Positions 1-17,204 are shown, counted from the first letter of the stretch. The stretch: DNA of 64,000 nt from Geosiphon pyriformis uo1 (GCA_016748015.1 JAAOMT010000594.1:62001-126000), one strand, 5' to 3'. The notes: a model not told the origin generated them from the sequence alone. Numbers and translations: made by a program.

Positions 1-1042
1 AAATTTTTTAGCAAATTAATCTTGGTTTTGAGTTTTTTTCTTACAAAAATATCTCATTTGTTATACATATTTTTGAAACAAAACTGAATTAAGTTTTATA
101 ACTAATTATTAAATACAGAACAGTCAATACCAAAAAAATATGCTAAAGTTTATTAGTTTCTAAAAATTTTTGTTATATATAAATTTATTTATAAAGTTTT
201 TTAATTATAAAACACAAAGATGTATTTTTAGTAATTTACAATTGTGAATATAAGCTATTTTTTTAAGCTAGTTGAGTGCAGTCACTAGAATTTGGTATTG
301 TTTTTTTACTTTTTTGGTAAGCTAACAAAATAAAATTAATATTCAAACTTAAAAAAAGCTTTTTTTTTATTAGACTATTATAAAGTTTATTTTTAAACAG
401 TTAATTTTTAATATTATTACTTTACAAGAAAGAAAAAAGAATCAAAAAAAATCAAAAAATCAAAAAAAAAAAAAATTAATATTATTAATTGTCATAATTA
501 AAAGCAATTGGTCTAAGTTATTAAGATTTTAAAGCTGTTTATATTAATAATATCTGGTCTGAAATAAAAGTAAAAAAAACAATTAATTTGATTTTAACAA
601 TATAAATTCTGAAATCATGTATAAATAAATTAAATAATAAATTTTTTATTTTAATAATTAATATAAAAATATAAAAAAATAAGATAAAATAGTTTATTAA
701 ATTAAAATATTAAAAAAATTGGTTTTTGTTTTCTCTTTATTTTTTTATTTACTAAAAACTACTTATTTTTATACATATTCTCTAATTTTATAAGATTGCT
801 TTTAATTGTTTATTATTACTAATTATTATTTACTATTTTTATTATTGTTTTATTTTTTTATATTATAACTAATTATTTTATACTATAAATAATTATTTTA
901 TGCTATTTTATGTTATTTTGTATTATCTTAAATTATTATTTATTATAATGTATTATTTCTTATTATTACATTTTTTCTATGTTATTATGTATTAATTATA
1001 TTTTTTTTATAATTTTGTATTGGTTTTTTTACTTAGATAACA
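1..1042 (-). mobile_element. Decayed LTR related to the Gypsy-B LTR (runs off the left window edge)
   Basis: 1021-1042 reverse-complements to tgttatctaagtaaaa.., matching the Gypsy-B LTR start tgttatctgagtagaa (49245). The eroded repeat array, the hairpin region (~486-512) and the pyrimidine tract also align in reverse. No PPT to the right, so this is a 5' or solo LTR. Confidence 0.75.
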
Positions 1043-1239
1043 AGTATAATTATTTTTTATCTAAATTGTATTATTAACAAAAGCATTTGTTGCAAAAAAT
1101 AAAGTTCTACTCAAAATGTTTTTTACTTTTTTTGTCTTAATAACAAACTTAATATTAATTCAATAACTACACAAATATTTATGTCTTTTAATTTTATATA
1201 AAAGAGAATTATAAAATATTTTATTTTGGTTTAAATCAT

Positions 1240-4200
1240 TGTTATTTATAAAAAAATAAAAATCATAATAAGTAGATAAAATAGCCAATAAGAAAAATAT
1301 ATAGTAAAAAGAGAAATTTCAAAATTCCAAAATTTTAAGATTTTTTTTAAAAAATCAAAAAATTTTAAGAAATTTCATATAACAAGAATTATGTATATAT
1401 AATAGTAGTATTAAAAGCAAAAAAAGCAGACAATTAAATTTAAAAAATAATCAAGCAAGTAATTATTACAATACTTCTTTTTTTACCAATAATTACTATT
1501 AACCAAAGTAAAAATTATCTTAATAATACCAATTTAATTATTGAATTCATGTTATTATCCATTAATTGAAAGCATTTATTATTTATACTTTATCAGCAAT
1601 CTATACTGATAATATCTGATATTTAATTATACTAAAACAATAGCTTTTAATTATGACTATTAATAAGATATTAATTTCTTATTTCTTTTCTTAAATTTTT
1701 TTTATTTTATTTTATTTTTATTTTTTGTTTCTTTATTGTTTACTAATTGATTAAAAAAATTAAGTACTAAAATATTAATGTTAAAAATAATCTGGTAAAA
1801 AATCTGTAAAACAAGAATAAAAACTTAAGAATAGCTTATCAAAAAGACATAATTGTTAGAATAAACCAGTCACTATATTAAAAACAAAAATTGGGAAAAA
1901 TTATCAATTAAATTTTTGTTTATTATACAAAAAACTCAACCAAAATCTTCAGACATTCAAAAATCTTCAGAAACTGCTAACAAAAATAGCTATTGAGCAC
2001 TAAGTTATAAGTTTGTTATTTGTTTTAACATCTTAAATAATTACTTATAATATTTGATGCTTTCTGTAAAATATAATTTAACAGATAATAAAGCATTATT
2101 ATTAATCATCCAAAAAAGAAGCAGACTCAGAAATTATAGAAACAAATCACTTGAAATTTGCAAAATTTTTATTTCAATAATATTAACAACAGTTGAGATT
2201 AACCAGTAATAATTTTTTAATAGAATTAGCATTTAATTTCTATGTTAATAAAAAAATTATATATTTTCTAAGAGAACAAACAGATTTTGAATCAGCAAAA
2301 AAAATTTTTACAATGAATTATTTCAACACACTAGCTTACTACAGAATTACAATTTTGTTTTAATTATTACTGAAATAAATCACAAAATTAAAAGTACACT
2401 TAACAAAAGTTTTTGCAAACAAAAGCAAAAACAAAATATAAACTTCAAAAAATATATCTAAAACAATACAATTATCTAATTAAAAGAAATTTAAAGTTAT
2501 TTTTTTATTATATCTATCTTATTATCATATATTAAAAAGTACCATCAACATATTATTAGAATTTTCATTATTATTAACAGCAAAACCAATTATTGTAAAA
2601 GTTTTATTTCAAAACAATTAGGAGAAATCCAAACTGCTAAGAACCTATAATAATTACTTTAAAGAATTTAAGTTATGACCAACAACACCATCAGAATTTT
2701 AATAACTAATACTTTAGCTTAATTTTAGATTCATTAATAATTGAATAAACACTAATTCAGATAAAAAAAAAACAATAATTAAGAAAATAATAGACAAAAC
2801 CCAATTTCAAATAAATTAAAAATACAAATTCCAATTGTTCAAATTCAACAAAATCTGAACAATTCAACCTCTGTTCTTATTATTCAACAAAATATATTTC
2901 CAGTTATCAGGATTAATTTATTACTAATTATACTAATAGTTGCTTTTTAACACTTATAACAACAATTATTTACTCCAATGGCATATGTACCAATTGCCAA
3001 ATTAAAAAAGTTTATTAGTAAAAAAGACAATATCCAAGTCTGATTAAATGATATAATAAAAGCTATTATAGCCAATGATTAAAACAATGCCAGAGTTTTT
3101 TAAGCAATTTCTTATTTTTTGCAAGATATTATTAATTTATGATATAAAAATTGATTAACAAACCACAAATCTTTAATGCATTCAAAACTATGTTCTTACA
3201 ATATTTTAATAATTATAATAGCATTAATTATTTGTTAACTGGCTTTATTACTATTAAATAAAACAATACTAAAGCAGTTACTACATATTTAAAATGCTTT
3301 CATCAAAATTTGTACCAAATTTAAACAATTAACACTAACTATTTTATAGCATCTTAGATTTTAAATCAGTTTATTCATAGACTATACAGCAGTTTTCTGT
3401 AACAAATATATTTATTACATTCTAATACACTTCAAAATACAATTATTTATATTAGAAATTTTAAATCAACCAAGCTTAAAACCAATTACATACAAACTAT
3501 AAATTTAGTAATAAACAGATTATCTAAATTGGATTCAAGTTAAAACAGTTTAGTAAAACAATTAATCAGAAAATAGAGAGATACTTAGCTAATAATTAAG
3601 CAATTTATTAGTTTTTTCAATGTTACAATAATCAAAAAAACCCCAATTGGTTTTAGAATTAGTCACATTATTGTTATCATTAACAAATTAATAATGACAA
3701 CAAGAAACATATATCTGTTATTATTGTCACAAACAAAGACATATTAAAACAGACTGCTATTTAAGAATGAATAACTTACAATTAGGAAATCAATATAAAA
3801 ACTCTAATTGCAAATTTCAAACCAAACTATATCAACAATTTGTCTTCAGATTATTATTAGTATTAGTTTTATTATTCTCAAATAACATTGTTCATATATG
3901 TATTTTTTATCTATTAAATACTATAGTTTTAAGTAATCTATTACTTACTATAACCACAAATAATTTATCAAACTCCACCAATTTCAATACTGCTTTAAAA
4001 TTTAATTCAAATTCCAGCCAGAAGCCAAAAACTAAGAATTATATACATGTAACAAAACTGAAAATTGGTAATAGTTATGTATTAACCAATTTCCAGTATA
4101 TTAAATCAAAATTCAAGATTATGCTAGCAAAATTCAAGAAATAAGTATGCCCAAAACCCGAATTTTTAAAGCTATTTAAGTTTCTTGGCAACTCTAAAAA

Positions 4201-7020
4201 CCATTTTATTTAATATCTTAGAAGCCCAAAAACTATCTACCAATAATATTTTACTTATTATTATCACAAAAAATAAGTTATTTACTGCAATATTCTTTTT
4301 TGAACTTGAAAAACCAATGACAATATTTTTTTTTAGTAGAGCTATTTTTAATACTAAATCAATTACTATTATGTATACTAATGTTAAAATTGATGGTCAT
4401 TTTATCAAACTAATCTTTAATAGTAGTTTAGCAAATAATATTATTACATAACAACTTATGGGCCAATTAGGTCACTGAATTGATTAAACTGTTAATGCCA
4501 AAATTATTACCATTAATAAAACAATAAAAACTCTTATTAACAAAATTAATAACTTTCTGTTTGAAGTCAATAACATTATTATATTCATCAAAATTTTAGT
4601 AATAAAAGCCATGCAATACCAAATTCTTGTTAGTAATAACTGGCTGTCCAACACCAATGCTGTACACAATTGAAATATTTAGGAACTCCAGCTTAACTAT
4701 AATAGTTAGCACAGTTAAATACTAACTACTTGCAATTATTTCAAAACTTATTTAAGAAAGCAACCATTGATTAAGTGAAAAAAAAAAAGAAAATTCTATT
4801 TAAAAAGCATATCAAGTATTATAGATTAAGAAAAAATACAACAAACTATTACTAATACTTATTTAGAAAAAAAAACAAAGAGAAAAAAAAAGACAAATCT
4901 CAAGTCACTATTTTTACAAAGAAACCAGCAAACAAATAAAATATTCTATACTTAATACCAGTATTAAAGAAACACTTATCTTATATTTTACTTAAATATA
5001 AAGATTACAATAAAAAACTTTCATCTATGAAAGCTTATATCTTATTAGAAAAAATATAAAATATATATCTGTTATTATTATAAAACATGCTACTAAAAAA
5101 CCTTTAGATGTCTAAAATAACAAAGAAAGTAAAACAATAAATCTTGTTTAACTTGTAATAAAATTTTTTCAAATAAGAAAATATAGAACAACATTTTTAA
5201 TTAAGAAAAAATATACAACAAATCTTGCCAATACATAATTTTTATTAGTAATTGGATAAATAGAGAAATGTTTTTTAATATTACATAAAACTGAGCTTTT
5301 TTATGTTTAAACAGTTATCTACATAACAAAGACAAAATTTGAAGAATAACAAGTGCTAAAATTAAAAATGCTTTACCCAATAAAATACTAGCTATTAAAA
5401 AAAACCTATTAGAACTTATTAAAACCATATTTATTCTAAATTCAAACATTTTTGTTAACATTATAAGCAACCCAAAACAATTTCATAAATATTATCAAAA
5501 TCTAGCACTTATGTAAGAAGAACAAAAGCAGTATTTGAAACAATTAAACATTAAATTCTATAAATATTGTCTAATTTCTAATAATTTCGAATATTGTAAC
5601 AATTGTAACTTTATTTACAATTTACTACTACATATAATTTATTTGATTTTTGAAGAAGAAGAACCAATTAAAAATACACTTTGAAATCAGAATTAAAATT
5701 TAATTATGATTTAAATTTCAATAATAATAACAATAATAGTTTCAATACTATCTACAATAGCAATAACAGCAATAAAAATTTAAACTTTAATTTTAACTCT
5801 GAACAATATATCACACTTCCAGATCTTTTAATAAAACAAAAACTTAAATAGTTTAGTAATAATAATAAAAGTATTATATTAGAATACATATATAATATTA
5901 ATACAAAATTTAATCTTAGATATCTTAAAAAACTGTTATCAAATTAGAACTCTATTACACATTAGCATAAATTTAAAAATAATACTGGAAATTTTGATAA
6001 TAATAATAGTTTAATTAATATTTAGATCTAATTTAGCAAAAAAAAATTAACATTAAAGAAAGAATAATTAATATAAAATATATAAGAAATATTATTACAA
6101 TGCTATAAAATAAATCAAAAAAAACATATATTATTGAACTCAATAAAAAAATAACACAAACAATATTTTTATTTTTGGTAAAAATAACTTAGTTAATATT
6201 AGTAGAAACAAAAGAAAAATTAAAAATAACTACAAAAAGAATAAATAAATTCAGATCTATGGATAAAATAGAAATACTAATTAATATGACAAAAAAAAAG
6301 ACAATTGATTAAAAAGAAATTATTTTTACATATTAATTAATTTCTATTTTACTATATAATTAATATATATTAGTTATAAAAAAAAAATGAAGGATTAATC
6401 TCAGATTTTTGAAGTAAAACTTATTATTTGTAAGTTAGAAAAAATTGCCATTACCAATTTATATATACCAGCCAAAAACCATAAACACATTAAAATTCTA
6501 CAACACAACTAAAAATTCAATAAAAATATCAAGCAGAACTATTATTGAATATTTAAATACTAAAGTTGAGGATTAAGTACTAGCTATTATTTTAAAAATT
6601 TTACAACTTTGTAAATATGTAGACATTATATTACAAGCTATTTATGAATAAAAAAAATATTATTTGCTATAGCCAAAACAACTAAAACATATAAACTTGA
6701 AAAATTTAGACCTATTTTAATAAATGTAAATTAAATTGCTACTTAACAATTTTATTAATATTTTTATAAGTAAAAATGAAGTTGGCAGAACTAATATTAT
6801 TCAACATCAGATCAAAACTAAAAATGCAATGCTAATTAAGCAAAAACGTACTGAGTATTACTTGCCAATCATGAAATTATCTAATAAGAAATTAATTCTA
6901 TGTTGAACAACAAATTAATTTAACTATTAATAAGTTTATAATCATTATTAGCTGTATTTGTCTGAAAAAAAAAGGAAAAATTTGCTTTTGTATAGATTAC
7001 AAAAAGCTTAATAGTATTAT
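1240..7020 (+). mobile_element. Highly eroded, 3'-truncated Gypsy relic of the Gypsy-A type (5' LTR ~1240-2052, gag, protease, dUTPase, start of RT)
   Basis: LTR begins tgttatttata and ends acttataata, followed by decayed PBS tttgatgc. Gag remnant MAYVPIAKLKKF at ~2978 (cf. MAYAPITKLDKF at 61616). Protease remnant KLIFNSSLANNIIT (ORF 4185-4451). dUTPase remnant ~5880-6260. RT remnant FCIDYKKLNSI ~6985-7020. Confidence 0.85.
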
Positions 7021-7900
7021 TTATGGAAATAATTGCTACTATTAACATTAGTTAAAATATTATTGCTTTTATTATTATTAGACTTACTGTCTATATTTGA
7101 ATATATACTATTACTAAAATTAAACTTGACCAAAAAAACATCTTTTTTATTATCAAAATATTTGATATTATTGAAAATAACTCTTTTTTTTGAGAGAAAA
7201 AGCCACCAATAAGACCATAAAAAGTCTTTTTGAACACTTTTTCTTAGACATACTATTACTACTTGAAACAGCTTTTAAGTCTATAACAAAGAAATTATTT
7301 GCTTTAAAAATATTGAAAAAAAATAAAAAAAATAAAAAACTTTTTTTTTAAAAATATGTTTTTTGGAAAATTTTAAACATAGAAGAGAAAAAAGTTTTAA
7401 ATATTAATATTGTTTTAAATTACAAGTAATTTTACAGTTTTTGTTTAGATTTATAAAATTTTTGAGTTTTATTTTATTAGTATAAAATTTTATGTTAAGA
7501 TTATTGTTTTTTTAATTTATTGTTAATATTTTTAATTTATTATTAATTTTAAGTTGGATTTGTTAAATTTATTATTAAACTTACTAATATTTTAGTTTTT
7601 TTTAATTACAAAGTTGATTAATGTTTTTATTTATTTATTAAGTTAAGAAAAAAGTATTATATAATTAAAAAATTATTAATTTTAAAATAGATTCTGAAAT
7701 TGAAATAAATAATATAAATGACTTAAATTATATTGTTAATAAAAACATATTTGCTTGAATAATAATTTTTTAAAAGCTAAATAAATAAGTAATATAATTA
7801 AAAGTAATAATATATTAATTGTTTATATGTATAAGATGTTTTTTTAAATAATTTTTTTTTATTGAATTCAATATAATTTGGTTTTAATTAAATTTGTAAT

Positions 7901-7950
7901 ATAATAATAATTGTAATAATAATAATAACAATAATAATAATAATAATATA
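7901..7950. repeat. (AAT)n microsatellite
   Basis: Imperfect aataataat run visible in the sequence. Confidence 0.7.
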
Positions 7951-8368
7951 ACTCAACAAAAAAAAATTATAACAAAATTATTAGCAAAAAAATATAATTA
8001 ATTAATTACATATGTGGTATTTGCTTTATTATTTAAAAATTGAATCAGAAATAAATTTAAATATTAATAAAAACTTACGTACATTTATCTTGAAAATATC
8101 ATGAATTTTAAGCCTTATGACTAATAAAAGTTGATTAATATAAGGTAATATGGACATCAATCCGCCATTAAAAGGGATTATGTGAAATAAAACTATAACA
8201 TTTTTTTTTCACTGCTAAACTATTGGGGTTTTTTCAAATATAATACTATTGTATGTCTATGAAAAATATGTATCATCAAAATATGCAATTGAATGATATG
8301 AAAATAGAATATACAAAACCAAATGCTAGTATACATATTTTATAGGTCAAATAATTAATTGGAAAAGT

Positions 8369-10395
8369 TTATAAGGTACCGTCTAAAAGCTTATCTAATC
8401 TCTGAGCGAGCTCAGTGACACGCTGATCCACAACTTCAACATTGCGATTAATGGCCGCATCGTTAATTTCAAAGGATTTTTCGAGCTGAACAAATCAAAA
8501 TAACCTTGAGTAAATGTTTTGCAAGAAATTTTTTATTAAATATGAAAGAAACGAACCTTTCCTGCCACATCGTTTAAACTCCTCAGCTCGTCCCCAATTT
8601 TGCCTTGTTCACCAGCCAACATTTTTATGGTATCGCTAAATACTGCAGCTTCACTATGCAACTGCTGGAGTGATTTTAAACGGTTTACAAGTGCTGGGGC
8701 AACTGACATAAGTGGGTCAACCTTATCAAGTAAGTTGAAGAGGTAATTGATCTATTCAAAAATTAGTGCAAAATAATTATTTGTTTGTGATAAAAGTACA
8801 AATTAACTTGAAAAAGACTAAAAGTTCAAATAATTCTTTAAGTATACCTTTTCTTCAGTTTCAAAAGGTATAACACCACCGTTCGAAAGTTCTTTATTTT
8901 TTAAATCATTCACTTTTTCTAATTCCGTTGTTAAGGTTTTGACTTTTCGAGAAACAGCTTCTAGATGTCGAGGTTGGGTCAAGAGTTCCATGTGCTGTTC
9001 TAGTTTTTCAACAGCAGTAATCAGATTGGTATTTGTTATGGAAAGAGACTTTTTTCCAATATCCATATATAATAGAAAAATAAGATTATATTCATTTTGA
9101 AGTTTAAACAAATGTCATATAATGGAGTCGAAAGAAAATGATACCTACAAAATCCTCGAAATTTTGTCCGTGGGAAGTACCAACAAGTTTCTCTAAGGCT
9201 GCAATACGTTCATCAAGCTCAGCTGTTTTCGCTAATGTATGAGTCTTGATGGTTTCTGGAGAATAATAAAGCTCGTATGTGACCACCTAATAGCAAAAAT
9301 CTGCTCAATTTATATGATAAAAATTTAACCTAATAATTGGGGCACAAAAAATGCTCACATTTTTTCCACCGTCAACACTTGAAGTGTTTACTGTAGTATC
9401 GTCATCTGTGTTGCCATCTTTTTCGTCTACTATAACATCTTCTTTAGGAAGTCCAGTATTTTTGAATGCTTCAAGTTGGTGGATTAATCTTTTCCCCAGC
9501 TCAGCTTGTTTTATAATAGTGCCATCTTGTTCATCCAAGGGGCCAAAAGAATTGCCTAAACCTTGGCTGATGCGAGTAAGATCAGTTTGCAAATTGGCAA
9601 TTTGAGAGACAATATCACCATGCGAAATTTGGGTATTTGATGTATCGTCCTATTTTTTATTGGCGCTTTAATCAATCCAAAATTCCAAAATGTGCCAATC
9701 ATATCAAAGCAAAATTTTGGGATCGAACCACCCTGTTGGTAATATAATAGAATAAAGAATAGTGAATATATTACCTGGTTCTTTTCTATCTCTTCATCAA
9801 GCTCTTGAACTTCGAACGTTAATCTTCTTAGCTTTTGCAAAGGTGTCTCCTGCAATACCCGCTCTCGGGGTAAGATATCATATTCGGTAGTCTCCAAGAC
9901 GGGTTTTCTAATGAAAATTTTATACATTTGCTTTTTATGACGGGATAATCTATCCGAAAAATCTTCCGGGTAAAAAGGGTAGATGAAGGCAAACTTTTTC
10001 TAGATGTTCGCGTTAAATATTTGAGTGCAAATCAATACCTGTCTCTGAGGCATCAACAACACTGTCTTTGAATTTATCAACTGCTTCATTAACAGATATT
10101 TTTTCCCGGACAATATCTTCATGAGCCTCTTCAGATATCACAAACTTAATGTTTGGCCGAAGATTTTAAAGTGAGGTTAGGAAGAGTAAGTCAAAGAAAA
10201 AAAAATTGATTACATTAAAATATTACCCCATCGTCTGAAGCTTCGGCATCTTCAAGACTATCTGGTGTTTCATAAACATCTGGCTGTGTATCCTACAGAG
10301 CAAGGAAATAAGAAAGTTGGAGTGAATAATCTTAAAATTTTACAAACAACTAAGAAACATACAATGTCAGGAAGCGCGCTATATTTGCTCGACAT
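8369..10395 (-). CDS. DCTN2: Dynactin subunit 2 (dynamitin/p50), multi-exon
   Basis: Spliced N-terminus MSSKYSALPDI|DTQPDVYETPD; motifs DFSDRL, ETPLQKLRRLTFEVQEL, VTYELYYSPE, LDERIAALEKLVG; GT-AG introns; stop TAA at 8369-8371. Confidence 0.93.
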
Positions 10396-10581
10396 TTTGA
10401 CGGGAAAAGAAATAGTTGAACCAAGGAGCCTAAGCTATTACTATTTTGGTTTATATTAAATTAAATTAATAAAACAACTGACTTTTTAATTAAAGGTTTA
10501 CCTAGTTAAAATTATTTTAGGTGATGAAGAGGATCTTATACGTTGGAAAACCTATCATTTTTGATGATGATGATGGTGATG

Positions 10582-10616
<35 letters not shown>

Positions 10617-10664
10617 TATTATCGTTCCTTCATTTGCAATCCTTGTTTTTCTTTTGTATTTCGA
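10396..10664. promoter_or_regulatory. Short divergent (bidirectional) promoter region between DCTN2 and PRP43
   Basis: Head-to-head start codons at 10395 (-) and 10665 (+), about 270 bp apart. Confidence 0.6.
10562..10620. repeat. Compound (GAT)n-(AAT)n microsatellite upstream of the PRP43 ATG
   Basis: gatgatgatgatggtgatgataataataat... visible directly. Confidence 0.9.
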
Positions 10665-13551
<2,887 letters not shown>

Positions 13552-13944
13552 CAAATCGATCAACTCTGTAACTTGAGATCAAGATTTACGAAATCCGCAT
13601 TTGCCTTAACGAACCTTGATCTGTTTTTGCTTTAGTTGTTAAATTATTAAAGATGTCAACAAGCACGGAGAGGCACTAGACCTTAACAATTGATAGACTA
13701 GCGCCTCAGTTATTATTGTGACCCGAGAGCCAATAGATTTGATCGGCTTCAGTTTTCCAGCCACTTATATGGCGCAACTAGACTATTAGCTTTTGTTATT
13801 GCCTATAGTCAAATACCCAATTGTTGGTTTGAAAACCGATCAAGCCGGCTTAAACTGGCAAACCAATAACACTTCAGACTGATAGCTTTACATGAATTAT
13901 TAGCAAACGTTTGCCCCTCAAAAACTGGAAGATAGTTTTTCGAA

Positions 13945-16900
13945 ATGTCTATAATATCTTCAGCAATCACAAATCACGTTAGAGGGGTTAAAACTATCAT
14001 AATGGGCGAAATCTCCGAAGACGTTTTTGGTAGTAACGAAGATTCTAAACCTCTTATTGGAATTATTTATCCACCCCCCGACATTAGAAGTATCCTATCT
14101 CTCTTGATTCCGCGTTTGGGTCCGTTAACTTAGCCGCTGCTTTTAATGGGTATACTTCCCAAAGGCAAAATCCGTAGTTTCTTACTATTGACCTTGTTTT
14201 TAAAGCTTTAATAAAGGTGCTGTCTGTCTACTTGTAGTTTGGCTGTAACCCTTATTGACCTGTGTCGGTCAGCTATCTTTTAGTTTGTTAAGCCTTAACT
14301 ATCCCACTTTTTAGATATTGTGGATAGAACTGCCGTTTTTGTTGCCAGGAATGGCATTCAATTTGAAGAGCGAATACGAGAAAATGAGAAGCACAATGCA
14401 AAGTTCAGCTTTTTGAATCCAAATGATCCATATCATGCCTATTACCAATACAAGATCACAGAGACTAAAGAGGGCAAAGGTTTGTGTTCTTTTATTTTGA
14501 CCAGTTTTTATTTATAAATTATGATTCTCATTTCTGAAATCACACAGTTCCAAAGAAAGCTGAAACGAAGGATGTTAAGCCTGAGAAACGGAATGAAGGG
14601 CCGCTCATTAAAGCTCCCCCAAAAGAACCTCCTCCTTTTGAATTTATGACTGATATGCCAGCCATTTCAGCTCAGGACCTGTAAGTTGACCTATGAGCGA
14701 GCTCAGATAAATTTCTGAAAATCTTTTCAATAATATCTTAAATCTTTTTAGGGATATCCTCAAACTCACCGCTCAATTTGTAGCCCGCAATGGTCGTCAA
14801 TTCATGACTGCTCTTTCGCAGAGAGAGCAAAGAAATTATCAATTCGACTTCCTTCGCCCAAACCATAGTTTGTTCAATTATTTTACCAAGCTTGTCGAAC
14901 AATACACAAAAGTTTTGATACCGCCCAAAAATTTGAATGAAAAGTTGAAAGCGAACACTGAAAACAAATATCAAATTCTAAGTAGAGTCATGCAACGCGT
15001 AGATTATGCAGCCTTTCAAGAAGAAGAACGCAAGAAAGCTGAAGAGAAAGAAGATCAAGAAAAAAGTATGTCGTTTCACCACTCACTTTGAATTTTTCAA
15101 CTCACAAAATTTTACAATAAATTACAATAAGTTTTCTTGATTGATTGGCACTAGTCGCGTATGCCTCGATAGATTGGCATGATTTCGTAATTGTAGAAAC
15201 AGTTGAATTTACCGAGGCCGACGAAACCATTGATCTTCCACCTCCCATGAGTATAATGGAACTAGAAAACATGACCTTAGCTCAAAAAAGGATGGCATCA
15301 GTAGTTATAGAAACACCCCAGGACGATAAGGGTGCAGAAATGGACATGGAGGTATGCGAAATATTTTCCATTCGTCCTCAATATAATCTCATATACATGT
15401 TTTCTTCAATAGATGGACGATGACGTGGATATGGAAGATGATGATGACGAACAAACAGAACAGGATGCTGACGGTGAAACGGAACCAGAGTTTCCTATCG
15501 TTGAAATCAAACCACCAGACACAAGTGCTCCAATAAATATTCGTAAAGATTATACACCCAAAGGTAAATTAAATTCTTTGTTGCAGCAAATAAATAAGAT
15601 TCCAAATCAAAACTAAAAGAATGAATATCACTCATAATGTTTAGTGCTTGGGCCGAAGACAACTACAAGAAAGCCTACACAAATCTGTCCTCGTTGTAAA
15701 CAAGCTATCCCAGTAGATGAAATGGATCAACATGTGCGTGTGGAATTATTAGATCCTAAATGGAAAGAGCAAAAGCTTGCTGCAGAAGCGAAAAAGAAAG
15801 AATCTAACTTGCTACAAGAAGGTTAGATTAAATCCTCTTCAAATAGTTGATCTATAAAAAAATGAACCCCCATTTAATTGCTTTCTAAATTAGGTACTGA
15901 TGTTGCCAAGAATCTCAAGGCATTTTCGGGATATCGTTCTGACATCTTCGGGACTGAAGAAACAGAGATTGGTCGCAAGGTTTGTCTAAATATTCTGAAT
16001 CCTCTTGCAACTTCATTATTAATGTACAAAAACATAATAGATTGGAGAAGAAGAGGAAAAAAGAAAAAGGATTGAAAAAGAGAAAGTTGTATGGGATGGT
16101 CATACGGCCTCGATCAATATGGCCACGCAGCGCGCCGCCGCCGGCGTGTCAATTGACGAACAAATTGCCGCCATTCATCGGAGTAAAGGTCTAACGAGGT
16201 ATTATAATGTTTCTTTTTCGCTCGTGATCATTTAAAAATATTAAATTGATTTTGTTTCAATAGCGATAGTGACTCGAAGATTGGACCAAGGATACCATTA
16301 TCACAGGATCCTCAGCAACACTTATTGCATCAACCTTCTCCCCAACACCAACTTCTGCAGCATCAACTCCAACCTCTTCAAGGAGCTTCATCACCAAATT
16401 CTCAGCCCACTCCCTTTCCCGGTTATCCATCTCTTCCCACAACTTCTAACCCTGTAATGCCTCCTGTTTCATCTGCTGGCGTTTATTCAGGCTATGTAGC
16501 TTCTTCTGCCCCCTTTGCACATCAGCTTCCTGGATATATTGCTCCTATATCTGCACAGGTTTCTAGTTCCCATATGCATGCACGGCCACCAATGCCATCT
16601 GTGCCGCAATCTCTTAACCGCCCAACTCAACCACAAATTATGTCTGTTGCACCGCCACCTCTTCCACCCGCACCTCCTTCCCTACCCTCATCAGGATCCA
16701 ATGGAACTCAAGAAATTGGTCGTGCAAATGAAGAATCCGAATTCACTCTTGGCCCATCTAATAAGCGACAAAAGATAGAAGGGATTGGAGGACTAGTATC
16801 TGAGGATATCTGGCTTTCCAACAATCAAGTAAACAAAAAAAATTCAGTTTTGAATTTTGTTCGTGTTCGGACTGGTATATTTCCATATTAAACTTTTTTC

Positions 16901-17204
16901 TGCCTTGTCGCATATACAGGCTGTTATCACGTTGCAAATACAATGTCCTTCAATTCCTGAGAAACCTGAATGGAATTGCCATGGCCAAACTATCCTTTTT
17001 GGAAATTTACCTCTTACAACTTTAGTTTCATCGTTGAAAGAAAAAATTGCTACTCAATTGGGTTTCCCAACCGGAAGACAAAAATTAAGTTTGGGGGGAA
17101 GCGGCGCTGTAATGAAGAATCAAGTAACGTTGGCTTATTACAATATGGAGGATGGTGGAATCATAGGTTTACAAGTCAAAGATCGTGGAGGCGCAAAAAA
17201 ATGA
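13945..17204 (+). CDS. SF3A1: Splicing factor 3A subunit 1 (SF3a120/Prp21): two SURP domains, Pro-rich region, C-terminal ubiquitin-like domain
   Basis: Spliced IIYPPPDIRN|IVDRTAVFVARNG; QRNYQFDFLRPNHSLF; IDWHDFVIVETVEF; ubiquitin-like tail ending KDRGGAKK. Start may be 13945 or 14002. Confidence 0.95.
14090..14314 (+). other. U12-type (minor spliceosome) GT-AG intron, intron 1 of SF3A1
   Basis: 5' site GTATCCTAT at 14090; branch CCTTAAC at 14293-14299, about 16 nt before AG at 14313-14314. Removing it restores PPPDIRNIVDRTA. Confidence 0.88.

Noticed and set aside
8753-9147. GTATACTT and GTATCATT sequences in dynamitin introns as additional U12 donors
   Set aside because: Both mismatch the GTATCC core and lack a CCTTAAC branch; the second is out of phase with the only available acceptor.
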